A stretch of 38,135 nt of DNA, from positions 4,661,374 through 4,699,508 of the forward strand of contig NW_019091355.1 of NCBI RefSeq assembly GCF_001949145.1, written 5' to 3'. This DNA comes from Acanthaster planci. Its lineage: Eukaryota. This document shows positions 13,201 through 22,669 of this stretch, piece after piece. Numbering within the stretch: the stretch's first letter is position 1; every line of letters begins with the position of its first letter. The position numbers and the translations under genes are program-made. The notes under the pieces are model-generated. The model worked only from the letters and a program-made list of their open reading frames with translations. It was not told the origin of the DNA and did no database searches.

Positions 13201-16200
13201 GGGAGATGTACATGAACAGTACCGTGTCCACAGAAAAGACCAACCTGCGATACGCCATGGCCCGTACCCGTCAAGTCTGGCTGCTTTCAAGGTGAGGGCT
13301 AATCAACTTGTCATTCCTTGTAATCCTGCACTCACATCAATAGCCGTGTTGTAATTGGTTTATAGCACCTGGCGTTGGAGTGCCTTGCATAATGTAAAAG
13401 TGGACTTCATTTTTGTTCTTTTCCTCTTGTACATCTGTGATGCCATCTGGGAAACCCGTGGGACGTTGCAGAACTTGTTTGGAGAAAGTGAAAAAAAGTC
13501 CCCCTTTTTTACAACAATTGGAATTTTTTTTTACTATTCAGCTATTATCATCCAAAAAATTCTTGTTGGATGCAGTTTCAACTGTAATATGCAATCTTTC
13601 ATCAGGTCAATTTTTGGCAACCTCAGTGAAATTTTTACTCCAAACTTCAAAGCTTGATTTCTCCAAATGAGGTCTGCAGCTCTTATTACTTCCTGAGAGC
13701 ATAACTCAAGTTATAGACAGCCCAGAGTCATGAATTTAACAGTATTGAAAACAGCACAGTGTCTTCATTAATAGTGTGATGTATATAACATGAGAAATGA
13801 GGTATTTCACCATGTAAAGGGGTTTCCTAGATCACAACACGTTTGCGTTTCGTCTGGCACATACAGCCATGAGTATAGTTAATAGTCTGCTGAAACTTAT
13901 TATTCCTTGTAGGCCTATAAAAACTGTGCTTGGTTTAGGAAACATTTGCATTCCGAAAGGACATTGTTGTATCTGAGTTCCTGGAAGTCCTCCTAATTAA
14001 GGTCTAGTTCTCAAAAGCCCATTTCAAAGACCTCACACGTCTATCACATTGTCAGAGTCACGAGCTTGCCTAGCACATATACTCATGACGCATTGACTTG
14101 TCTTTCCGTAAATCATCCCTGTCTGAACTTGTGGTGGTTTTTATCGTGACTTTGATTCAATTGAGATGGACTTGTGAATAACCTGACTACATCACTCTTA
14201 TTCTTGCTCTGACTAATCCATGTTGGCACAAACATTCAGTAATTCTGCCTCTCTTATGACTTTGACTGACGGTTTTCTGCATTCCTCCCCTTTGCATCAA
14301 CACATTCAACGCATTCAACACATTTAACCATTCAACACGTTCAACCATTCAACACATTCAACCATTCAACACATTCAACCANNNNNNNNNNNNNNNNNNN
14401 NNNNNNNNNNNNNNNNNNNNNNNNNNNNNNNNNNNNNNNNNNNNNNNNNNNNNNNNNNNNNNNNNNNNNNNNNNNNNNNNNNNNNNNNNNNNNNNNNNNN
14501 NNNNNNNNNNNNNNNNNNNNNNNNNNNNNNNNNNNNNNNNNNNNNNNNNNNNNNNNNNNNNNNNNNNNNNNNNNNNNNNNNNNNNNNNNNNNNNNNNNNN
14601 NNNNNNNNNNNNNNNNNNNNNNNNNNNNNNNNNNNNNNNNNNNNNNNNNNNNNNNNNNNNNNNNNNNNNNNNNNNNNNNNNNNNNNNNNNNNNNNNNNNN
14701 NNNNNNNNNNNNNNNNNNNNNNNNNNNNNNNNNNNNNNNNNNNNNNNNNNNNNNNNNNNNNNNNNNNNNNNNNNNNNNNNNNNNNNNNNNNNNNNNNNNN
14801 NNNNNNNNNNNNNNNNNNNNNNNNNNNNNNNNNNNNNNNNNNNNNNNNNNNNNNNNNNNNNNNNNNNNNNNNNNNNNNNNNNNNNNNNNNNNNNNNNNNN
14901 NNNNNNNNNNNNNNNNNNNNNNNNNNNNNNNNNNNNNNNNNNNNNNNNNNNNNNNNNNNNNNNNNNNNNNNNNNNNNNNNNNNNNNNNNNNNNNNNNNNN
15001 NNNNNNNNNNNTTCAACACATTCAACCATTCAACACATTCAACCACATTATACTATGTGATCGTGCACATAACCTTATCACGCGAGGTGGGATTTTAAAA
15101 GAGGTGCTGAGGGTGGACAATAAAGCAATCACTACAGCACCAAATCTGATTACTTGTCACACTCCAATTTTGGAAAAGCACAACGGTCCACAAAAATATT
15201 TTTATTACATATTTTTCTAATATTCATTGATGTCCAGATATCTGGAATACTGCCGGGACGAGTCAAAGATTCGTAGCCAGGATTTCTTCACAACGCTGGG
15301 TTACATCGCAGACAATCCTGTGGGTAACTCCCTCGTCTGGGACTGGGTACGAGCCAACTATGACTACCTTCTGGAAAGGTAAAAGTCAGTGAATACCTAC
15401 CAGAAATGGAACAGCCAAGACCCAAAAAATTCATCTCTCATAACCCCTCGCCTCAAATCTTTCATCGAGGCAAATTGTGCCACTGAAAATGGGGCCAGTG
15501 GAACAAAACAACCCTTATTCTTGCTGGCTTGACAGAAAACCGCGATCTTTAACTTGTTACAGTTTTGAGCAAATCAGCAAGCTTGTCTTTATTTTTACCA
15601 AGATAAATATATTTCATCCCCCAAGTTTGATATGTAATGTTATACAGTATTTCGGGGTTGATGTGTTTGAATCAGTCTAATTATATTCAAAATGTTAAAT
15701 GCAACATCTGGAGAAACCCCGATAGAAGTTTTGGTGGCTTTTGGTTTTGTGTATAAAATGTTGAATTTTAGTCAATACATGTTGATCATCGAGCGCAACA
15801 GAAAAACCACTGGACCACTGTGCTGAAAGCATAGCAGATCATTACTCCCCTTGCACATTGCACGGCTTTCCAGACACCATGTGTTACCAAGAGCTCAGAC
15901 TCAAGAGGTTAGATCTGATCCGCTGCAGCTTGTTTAGAGCAAAGATTTTATAGCGTAGCATAGCGGCGCAAGATGGAGAAAAAGGTATTATCCCCATGGG
16001 TGCCGCTCCAGTGCGAACGTTAATTTATAGGCGCAGACGTCCAGGTGTGCGTGCCTGTCTTGGTGTTGCTGCACCTGTTTCGTTAACATAGTGTATTCAC
16101 ACCCAAATGGTGCCCATGCGATAAAAATGTTTTACACTTGCTCACGGTGAAGTTATCCATATTGCGCTGCTGCGCGGCACTAGACAATCTTTGGTTTAGA

Positions 16201-16985
16201 GGGGAATTGTACCCCATTTTTTCTTCATTTTTCTCCCTGAGTGTCTGGGATTTCTCTGGCTCCCCTCTGCAGATTTGGAGCAAGTGACCGGTACCTTGGC
16301 CGCCTGGTCCCTGGCTTTGTTGACTACTGGAATACCGAGCAGAAACTCAAGGAGGTGAGTTCATGTCTCAAAGTCATCCAAGTTCCGATGAGTCTGTTCT
16401 TGTTACCTCAAACAGCGGTCCAGCCCCTGACGCTGCAGGAATTAGATAAAATATATCTTGAATCTTGAATCATGGTTCCAACAGTCCTCAACTGACGGTA
16501 GACTGTCAAGCCATTACAAAGTTACTTGGCTATGGCTACTTGGAGGCACTTTATCTGTGCCATAGAGCTTGTGGTTAGGTGCTGCACAGCAGTGGGTCTA
16601 GCACCTTCATTTCAAGGACTGCCGTACAGTATTAAAGACTCCGCACCGTAGGAATTTTGTGATGATCCAAAACACTTTACAGAAAACGTTTCTCTGGTTA
16701 GATGCTCACGGAAATAAAGTAAATATTGCATTCTTTCTCTTTTGAATTTTTTAGCTGCATCTGACTATTGCTTCCCAAACATGCACTGTTTTATTTAATT
16801 AATTGTGTATTCAACAGAGTCATTTTTTTTTTTGTTCTTAGCTGGAGGACTTTTGGGCCGAGTACCCTGATGCAGGTGCCGGGGCGAGAGGCAGACTGCA
16901 AGCCATAGAACGTATCAAGACCAACATCAAGTGGATGGAAAAGAACGAGGCCACCATTGCCCAATGGCTGAACGACAATTTGTAA
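1154..16985 (+). CDS. ENPEP: Multi-exon gene model (5'-partial): glutamyl aminopeptidase / aminopeptidase A-like M1 zinc metallopeptidase
   Basis: join(1154-1298,1873-2007,2733-2853,4292-4446,4910-5023,5453-5587,5695-5760,5972-6037,7083-7276,8159-8241,9084-9217,9633-9688,10225-10372,11026-11099,12318-12419,13121-13291,15238-15378,16273-16354,16842-16985); 2266 nt, all AG/GT bounded, phases compatible, one open frame to TAA. Motifs [29 protein letters not shown]-x18-[16 protein letters not shown] and YPDAGAG point to the ENPEP subfamily. Family call is secure; exact orthology less so. Confidence 0.88.
1873..2007 (+). CDS. ENPEP: Aminopeptidase exon ([45 protein letters not shown])
   Basis: Long polypyrimidine tract then ctag; gtaagt donor; KMSTYL motif; missed by the ORF track. 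Confidence 0.9.
2733..2853 (+). CDS. ENPEP: Aminopeptidase exon ([40 protein letters not shown])
   Basis: cccctag acceptor, gtaagt donor; YPLPKLD motif across the junction. Confidence 0.93.
3868..4172 (+). mobile_element. tRNA-derived SINE, V-domain-like
   Basis: A-box-like GGTGGCTAGTG at 3871, B box GGGTTCGATTCCC at 3915-3927. Central TTTTCTCTGGGTGCTTTGGTTGTCCTC (3988-4014) resembles the V-SINE core TTTCCTCCGGGTRCTCCGGTTTCCTCC (recalled). A-rich tail at 4158-4172. Confidence 0.75.
4292..4446 (+). CDS. ENPEP: Aminopeptidase catalytic exon (GAMEH and HELAH motifs)
   Basis: [52 protein letters not shown]; tgcag acceptor, gtgagc donor. Confidence 0.95.
4910..5023 (+). CDS. ENPEP: Aminopeptidase exon with third Zn ligand ([38 protein letters not shown])
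   Basis: aaag acceptor, gtattg donor; the Glu lies 18 residues after HELAH. Confidence 0.95.
5453..5587 (+). CDS. ENPEP: Aminopeptidase exon ([45 protein letters not shown])
   Basis: tgcag / gtttgt; SSHPI and catalytic Tyr motif FDxIxYxKG. Confidence 0.93.
5695..5760 (+). CDS. ENPEP: Aminopeptidase exon ([22 protein letters not shown])
   Basis: aaag / gtaaga; 66 nt, phase 0. Confidence 0.92.
5972..6037 (+). CDS. ENPEP: Aminopeptidase exon ([22 protein letters not shown])
   Basis: ttccag / gtaagt; 66 nt, phase 0. Confidence 0.92.
7083..7276 (+). CDS. ENPEP: Aminopeptidase exon ([27 protein letters not shown]...YGSPF)
   Basis: cttag / gtaagt; [13 protein letters not shown] motif. Confidence 0.92.
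7341..7413 (+). repeat. Dispersed repeat copy 1 ending in CTAGGGGGTTAGGGTTAA
   Basis: Aligns by eye to the reverse complement of 23443-23520. Confidence 0.75.
8159..8241 (+). CDS. ENPEP: Aminopeptidase exon ([27 protein letters not shown])
   Basis: cttag / gtatgc; YxWxVP motif; phases fit both neighbours. Confidence 0.88.
9084..9217 (+). CDS. ENPEP: Aminopeptidase exon (...[33 protein letters not shown])
   Basis: cacag / gtaagt; GFYRVNY motif. Confidence 0.9.
9334..9417. other. Assembly gap (84 N)
   Basis: N run inside an intron; flanking exons join in frame, so no exon is needed. Confidence 0.98.
9633..9688 (+). CDS. ENPEP: Aminopeptidase exon ([19 protein letters not shown])
   Basis: ttcag / gtagga; DRAxLxDDAFxLAR motif. 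Confidence 0.92.
10225..10372 (+). CDS. ENPEP: Aminopeptidase exon ([25 protein letters not shown]...FANLR)
   Basis: cgtag / gtacgt; YLxxExxxxPW motif. Confidence 0.9.
11026..11099 (+). CDS. ENPEP: Aminopeptidase exon ([25 protein letters not shown])
   Basis: tacag / gtacgt; phases fit. Confidence 0.88.
12318..12419 (+). CDS. ENPEP: Aminopeptidase exon ([34 protein letters not shown])
   Basis: gccag / gtatgg; C-x6-C pair typical of the M1 C-terminal domain. Confidence 0.88.
12793..13062 (+). mobile_element. tRNA-derived SINE, CORE-like
   Basis: A box AGCTCAGTGG at 12801-12810, degenerate B box GGTGCAAGTCC at 12850. Segment TGTATCCGTAGGCAAGCCACTTTACCTCCACTTGCCTCTCTGCACCCAG...AAATGGGTACC resembles the CORE/MIR-type core, followed by CCTGCGATGGAC...GGAGAGTAGAAATA. 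Confidence 0.75.
13121..13291 (+). CDS. ENPEP: Aminopeptidase exon ([27 protein letters not shown]...QVWLLSR)
   Basis: ggcag / gtgagg; PVNxRxxVYRxGM is ENPEP-like. Confidence 0.92.
13437..13840. mobile_element. Putative MITE with 21-bp imperfect TIRs
   Basis: GTGATGCCATCTGGGAAACCC (13437-13457) vs reverse complement of 13820-13840 GTGTTGTGATCTAGGAAACCC, 17/21; no clear TSD. Confidence 0.5.
14296..15046. repeat. 17-bp minisatellite (CATTCAAC+CATTCAACA) spanning an assembly gap (630 N, 14382-15011)
   Basis: The same unit appears on both sides of the N run. Confidence 0.92.
15238..15378 (+). CDS. ENPEP: Aminopeptidase exon ([47 protein letters not shown])
   Basis: tccag / gtaaaa; IRxQD...NPxG...WDW motif; missed by the ORF track. 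Confidence 0.93.
15935..16198. mobile_element. Fold-back (whole-length inverted repeat) MITE-like element
   Basis: Arms 15940-15980 and 16153-16193 match 31/41 as reverse complements; further internal complementary blocks; ends TAGAGCAAAG / TAAACCAAAG. Confidence 0.72.
16273..16354 (+). CDS. ENPEP: Aminopeptidase exon ([27 protein letters not shown])
   Basis: tgcag / gtgagt; RxLGR motif. Confidence 0.9.
16842..16985 (+). CDS. ENPEP: Aminopeptidase terminal coding exon ([47 protein letters not shown])
   Basis: cttag acceptor, TAA at 16983-16985; YPxAGAG...QAxExIxxNIxW C-terminus. Confidence 0.93.
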   Translation: MEDFWAEYPDAGAGARGRLQAIERIKTNIKWMEKNEATIAQWLNDNL

Positions 16986-18200
16986 TCAGCCCCACCAAGA
17001 AACCACATCCTATTCATACACAAAGTTCAACTGATCCATTAATACTCTAGTTTTATCAAAACATCCAGGAAGTACCGAACTTCAACTCAGCAAAGTATTT
17101 ATAATAAAAGGTTTTGTCTGGTATCAACCCCCCTCCATGCAAAACCAGGCGTTGGATTTTGGCCAACCCGAATTAGTTTTCTAAAGGATAACATGTTTAT
17201 GTGTTGCTTTCAAGAGTCCACTTTGGTCAGTTTGACTTGAGAACATGATTGGTGCATTTGAGATTTTTTTAGAGTTTAGTTTGGTTACTAGAATTTGTTG
17301 ATGTTTTTCCTGACCACTGATTGTGCTGTGAATCTGGGGTCACATCACAGCAACAGTTGCTGTGATGTTATTTCAGGGAGACACTTTGGTTCAAATGGTG
17401 GACCCCAGATTTGCTCACTGAAACTATTTGTGTCAAACCATTACTGCTTGACTTCCTCTAACAAACTGAAACAATAAGGCATCACCGAAGTAAATAAATA
17501 TTGATCCATGATGAAATACCCAGAATTCAACAACATTTAGTGCAAAAGTAGCTGTAACATTGAGGTTAGTGCCATAAAATTTTTACTCATTAATATGCAT
17601 ATTTGTATTAACAAAAATATTCAAAATGACCAAAATACCAGTGACTAACATGTACCCAGCGAGGTAAGCATTCCCATGGTTCTTTGCCCAGCATTTTCTT
17701 CTTTTTTAATTCAAACGCTGTTTTATTGTCACGCACATAAATAAATCCATGGTTACAGTATACCACCAAGCTTTGTTAGAGATTAGCATTGTATAACTCA
17801 TTGTATAGTCTCATTAGATGGACTGATATGCTTCTAATTCTTCCAAATTACTCAGTACTATGTTATAAACAGATTATGTTAAACAGCTATTAAACATAAT
17901 CGAAAGATAATTAGAAACAAATTGCCAAATAAGGTCTTTGTTAAACTTTGTTTAAAAGGAGGAGCAAAAGCTTTCTGTAGGTACAGATCTGTGATTTTAC
18001 CCCAAAATGTTATGAATGCACAAAATGATTGCAGTGAATAAAAATTAATGCATTTTTTTCAATCATTTTTAGATTTTGTAACATCCAGTGTGCACATTAT
18101 TACCTATTACAAATTATTTTGTGTATAGCTTTATTATATCAAGTCATTGGCATAATTCAGATTATTTCATTTGAATAAAATAATATTTTTGAGGAATAAA
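16986..18200 (+). terminator. Aminopeptidase 3' UTR with candidate polyadenylation signals
   Basis: AT-rich sequence after the stop with AATAAA at 17103, 17493, 17739, 18037, 18174 and 18195; the site actually used is unknown. Confidence 0.45.
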
Positions 18201-18429
18201 TGCAGTATGGATCGAGTCACATTAGTTGAAGTAGTGTCAACTTGGATACATGTATTCAATTTTAAAACGCAAAGATGGCTGTGGAATTTTTATATTGTTT
18301 AATTCAAAGCTGAAGAGATTAATGCTTGGAATTTTTATTTCTTTTGTATCATCTTAAAATGTCCGTATAATCTAAAAACAAAAGGACTTTCTGAATGAAT
18401 CATTTCTTAAAATAACAGGGTATGTTCAA

Positions 18430-19650
18430 TTTACAAGGGGTTAATCTTGGATATTTTCAAACTGAAATTTTCATAGAAATAGACGGGTCATTTTCTTGGA
18501 CTTTTTAGCATTAAAGGGTTAACCTTTCATTTTCACATGAAAAAATTTCCTTGAGTTTTCAAGGATCAATTTTGGAGTTATCTTTGACTAAACAGGTTAC
18601 ACCTTGGCCTTTGATGTTAATTTAGCTTGTCATTACAAGGAGTTAATCTCAAACTTTGTGAATTCGATTTCAAATGTTCTCCAAGTGGAAACAGTCGACA
18701 GTTTTAGTAATGTTGCAAGGGATTAATCCAACATGTTTTTCTTAAACTTGCAAGGGGCGAGCCTTGCACTTTGAATTTAAGTTTACCATTTGTTTCAACT
18801 GAGGCCTAAATTACAAGTGATTTATCTCCAAATTTTGGAAATAATTTTCCAAGATAAGATTACAAGGGGAATTTTAGGATTCAATGTTTCTTCAATTTTA
18901 TTAAAATTATTTCAATTAAAAACCCTGGGGTTTTTTGTATTTTGAGATTTTTCTGATTTTAATGGTCTAACAGTGACAAGTTTTCCCCAAGATTTTAATT
19001 CATGCGTCTTCAAAATTACAATTTGTAAGTTTCATAAGGCATACATCTTCCATATCAGTCTTTCAAAAGCATTTACTTTTCTTACTCTTTACTAATAGGT
19101 CATTTGGGAGACATTTTGTGGTAAATTTTTCAGCATTAGGGAGGCATTGGCTTTTAGGGAGACATTTCAGTGTCTTTTTATTTTCAAACTACTAGGAGGC
19201 CGAATTTTATTGTCCATATTTTGAGAGATGATAGTTAAGGGCCTACAATGAAAACACACAAAGTTTGGATCAGATTAGGGAATATTGAATTATGGGACAG
19301 TAAAGTTGGAAAAATTTTGTGCACGTTCTTATGGGAATGTGGCCATACTGACCCATTAGCGGTAATAATAAAATTACTTGACACTGACCTTATAATTTTC
19401 ATGCACTTTTCTTATAATGGAAAGGGGTCTTGAACTTCTGGAATGATTTTTGTTTGCATTACAGGCAGTAACCTCAGACCCTTTGAACAGAATCTTCAAA
19501 TTAACAGGTCAACTTTGTTCTTATGAATGAAAATCTTAAATTTTACAAGGGAGTTATCCTTGGACTTTGAATTTAATTTTACATCAAACTGCAAGGGTTA
19601 AACTTGGACCTTTGAATTCATTTCCTTTTAAATTACAAGGCATACAAGTC
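18430..19650 (+). repeat. Degenerate array of a ~25-30 nt quasi-palindromic motif (TTRCAAGGRRTTAAYCTTGGACTTTGAATT)
   Basis: Clear copies with CAAG cores at 18434, 18636, 18716, 18751, 18814, 18863, 19546, 19592 and 19636, plus weaker ones. Confidence 0.65.
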
Positions 19651-19699
19651 AACTTCAACAAATCACCACACACAGAACCTGGACTGAGTCAACGTGGAA

Positions 19700-22440
19700 T
19701 TTTTTATTTTGATTGCTACAATCTCAACAAGGACAGAGAACATGGCACAAATGATGCATAATATTGGACACGTAATCAAACCCAGAGTTTTATTGGACCT
19801 ACCAGCTACCATGATTAATGACATGTTCATATGGACCCTGACTGTTTCAAGAGACTGCAGAACATTTGTATTCATTCTTTTAATTTCGCTTGACTCGTCA
19901 AAAGAGCGAATGCGCTACATCTACAATGCCAGTTTATTGACTACAGTAACAAGACTATTGTCCTTACAGCGTACACTATTTTTGTTTTTTACAGTTCCCC
20001 TTACAATCTTTACAAGAATTTCAATAATCTATTTCAAGTCCCCGATTTATTTAAGCTTCACTTCCGTACATTTAATAACTGTTTACAATAGAAGCCAATG
20101 TCCTTTCGAGGGCATATCCAAAAAGCTTTTAAAATGTTCTTTTCCAATGGTTTCACTCTGGAGCTAAGGGTAAGAGCACTACAATACCTATCTCCTACAC
20201 TTGCTGTTCAGTTTCTGGAAAATCTACCCCGTCCCCTTTATAGTTGACATAATGGGCATTACAAGTACACACTACAGTTTACTTTATCTTTGAAATGCTT
20301 TAGCCAATCATAAGAATCTTCTGCTTCAGGTAAAAAGAAAGGACACAATTTTCTCACAAGTACTGCCTCGATACGCGGAAATATACTTTCATAGTCGATA
20401 TATTTTTGTAACAATTGCTATCACTTTTTAAACTTGATAAGAGTAACTACTATTTTGACATGCTTTTAAACGTTTTGCTAGAAGATTTATGCATCAGAGA
20501 AACAAGTTTGGAATTTTTTTTTTCTTTTTTCAAGTTGACAGAAAAAAACAAAACAGAGAACCCAAAAATGATCCGCTACTGGAACACAGATGTATTTTCA
20601 AGCTGCTCGCCAGTGAAGCATCACGGCTGAACATATTGCATCTAGCACAATAACTGCATATAGGCATAATGCTATGAAGACGGTGTGGCACGCACAACAC
20701 AATCCTAGTGCTACAAGTGTTATTTTAATTTTTTTTGCACAAACACTCCTGAATGTACACCTACACAAGCCACCCTCTATCACTACTAACCCTGATCATG
20801 AGAACTCCTTTTACACCAATTAATTTTACACCATTTGTTTTTTTCCTCAACAAGATCAATTACCTTCAAGGGGCTTCTTTTTTTTTTTACTAACTTGGCA
20901 CAAACAAAATCTGCAAGCATTACACTGTGTTTGGTACGACCCATTCAGTAAAACTTCAACAGTATCAACCAAAGAACCGCAAAAATTTATAGAAAATCAA
21001 ACGACCAACTACATGGTTGAACTTAAAACGGAAAATAAAAGAAATTTACAAGAATTTGTGTTTCAGAACGAGCGCATCAGAAACATTTTTTTAACGTCTC
21101 TTTTAATTCATCAAATTCCACGAACTCAGCACTCAGAAGGAAATGTATTCATACGACTGCAACTAAATATCTACAACTTGTATCCCTATCGAAAAAAGTA
21201 CAATTTATTATCGCGAAATATCTACTTAAAGACCATCAAAATGATACAGGGGAAACCACATCCAAACTGAATGGAACATTCCAAGTCATTCAAATAATGA
21301 ACAAAAATTAAACCGCAAGAAAGTGTTCTACTCTGACATGAAATTGTCCTATCCTTCGACTCTATCAGGTAAACGAACTTTGTTAAATTCTTTTTATTTA
21401 GAAAACATTCTTACCCCCGGGATTAAGACATCAACATTTTCAGCATACAAAAAAGTACAAATCATGCCTTGAAAATGGGGTAAGTCGGTAAAACACTGGC
21501 AGTCCTTTCCAACATTTTCACAAAGATCACGTCCAGTTGAACTCGATTTTCAAACCATTTGTAATCAAAGCAGACACAGAATTAAGGACAAGCTGGACTT
21601 GCCCAAAACTTGCATTATGATCATAATATCATTATAACTGTGAACGATGGCTATAGGTTGCAAGGACAATGACAGAGAGACAAAGACGACTGATTACCAT
21701 ATCAATTTAACAATACAATAAACAGTAGCATAACCTTACAAGCGTTACCAAGACTTAATCACAACATAGTTCAAATGAAGGCTGCAGTGAGCCAGTCTCC
21801 ACAATCCAAAATTTCGGTTAACATCCAAGTTTGTTTTGTTTTTTAACATGAAATTTTTGTACAAGTTTTACAGTATTACTGAAGCGAGTTGATGACAACG
21901 CTGCTCAACTGGCAAATCACAAACACATATTGACCATCTTCAGTCTCTTCGTATTTCATCAGTCTTTAACAATTCAATTTCTTTTTTGCTTTGCTGCAGG
22001 TGCGTAAACTACATGTTGTACACCAGCAAATGCGCTGACATAACGGCTGTTGCTACACTGTTTGCAGTGCTTGACAGATGTTTAATATTTGACACAAATC
22101 TACGTCCAACAAAACTGCCTCGAAATCCCAAGAAGTAACAGTGAAATAAAGAAAGAAAACAGAGAGACGACATCGACTGTCTCTTCTATCAATCCGTAGC
22201 GATATATCCTCAGAATCTAAACCCATACCACAAAATTTAAAAAAGAAGGGAAGCTAGAAGAAACGCTTAAAGGTTAACAAGAGAGACACTCTTTTTCAAT
22301 TTACAGTCCATCTTTTTGTCAGTAAATAAAGTCCCAATTATTTTAATCAACTGAAGTGGGCCATCTGGTTTCCGCCAGGTTGTTGCATGGTATTGGAAAA
22401 TGCTATTTTTGGCGGACGAGATATATTTTGTCTTTGTCTT
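19700..22440 (-). terminator. Long 3' UTR of the minus-strand gene with candidate polyA signals
   Basis: U-rich on the minus strand; minus-strand AATAAA (TTTATT on +) at 21393, 20046, 19933, 19789 and 19703. Confidence 0.4.
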
Positions 22441-22669
22441 TTAGATTTCCGACTCCTCTGGATCCTCCTTGACCTCTGTGACCTCGGCCGCTGCTTTGGC
22501 GTCCTCAGACAGGAATTGGTCCACCATCCGCTGCAGGTCCTCTCTCAGCTCGCTACGCTCTACTTCCTCTCCATCCTCCTGGATGTTGGTCTCCACGTCC
22601 TCCGTCACATCCACCTCCTCGCCGTCGCGGATGACCGTCTTGCGGCTGGTCTTCTTGTGGACTGTGATC
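22441..22669 (-). CDS. Terminal coding exon RITVHKKTSRKTVIRDGEEV...EDPEESEI*
   Basis: tccag acceptor, phase 2 fits the previous donor; strong GC3 bias; TAA at 22441-22443. Confidence 0.88.

Noticed and set aside
14358..15046. 223-aa ORFs (and the X-containing ORFs at 9159-9479)
   Set aside because: Artefacts of N runs.
18430..19650. CRISPR array
   Set aside because: Repeats are highly degenerate, spacing is irregular, no cas genes are present and the context is a spliced animal locus; kept only as a degenerate motif array.
19694..20167. 157-aa ORF between the genes
   Set aside because: Non-ATG start, AT-rich, no recognisable motif or splice context; antisense to the probable 3' UTR.
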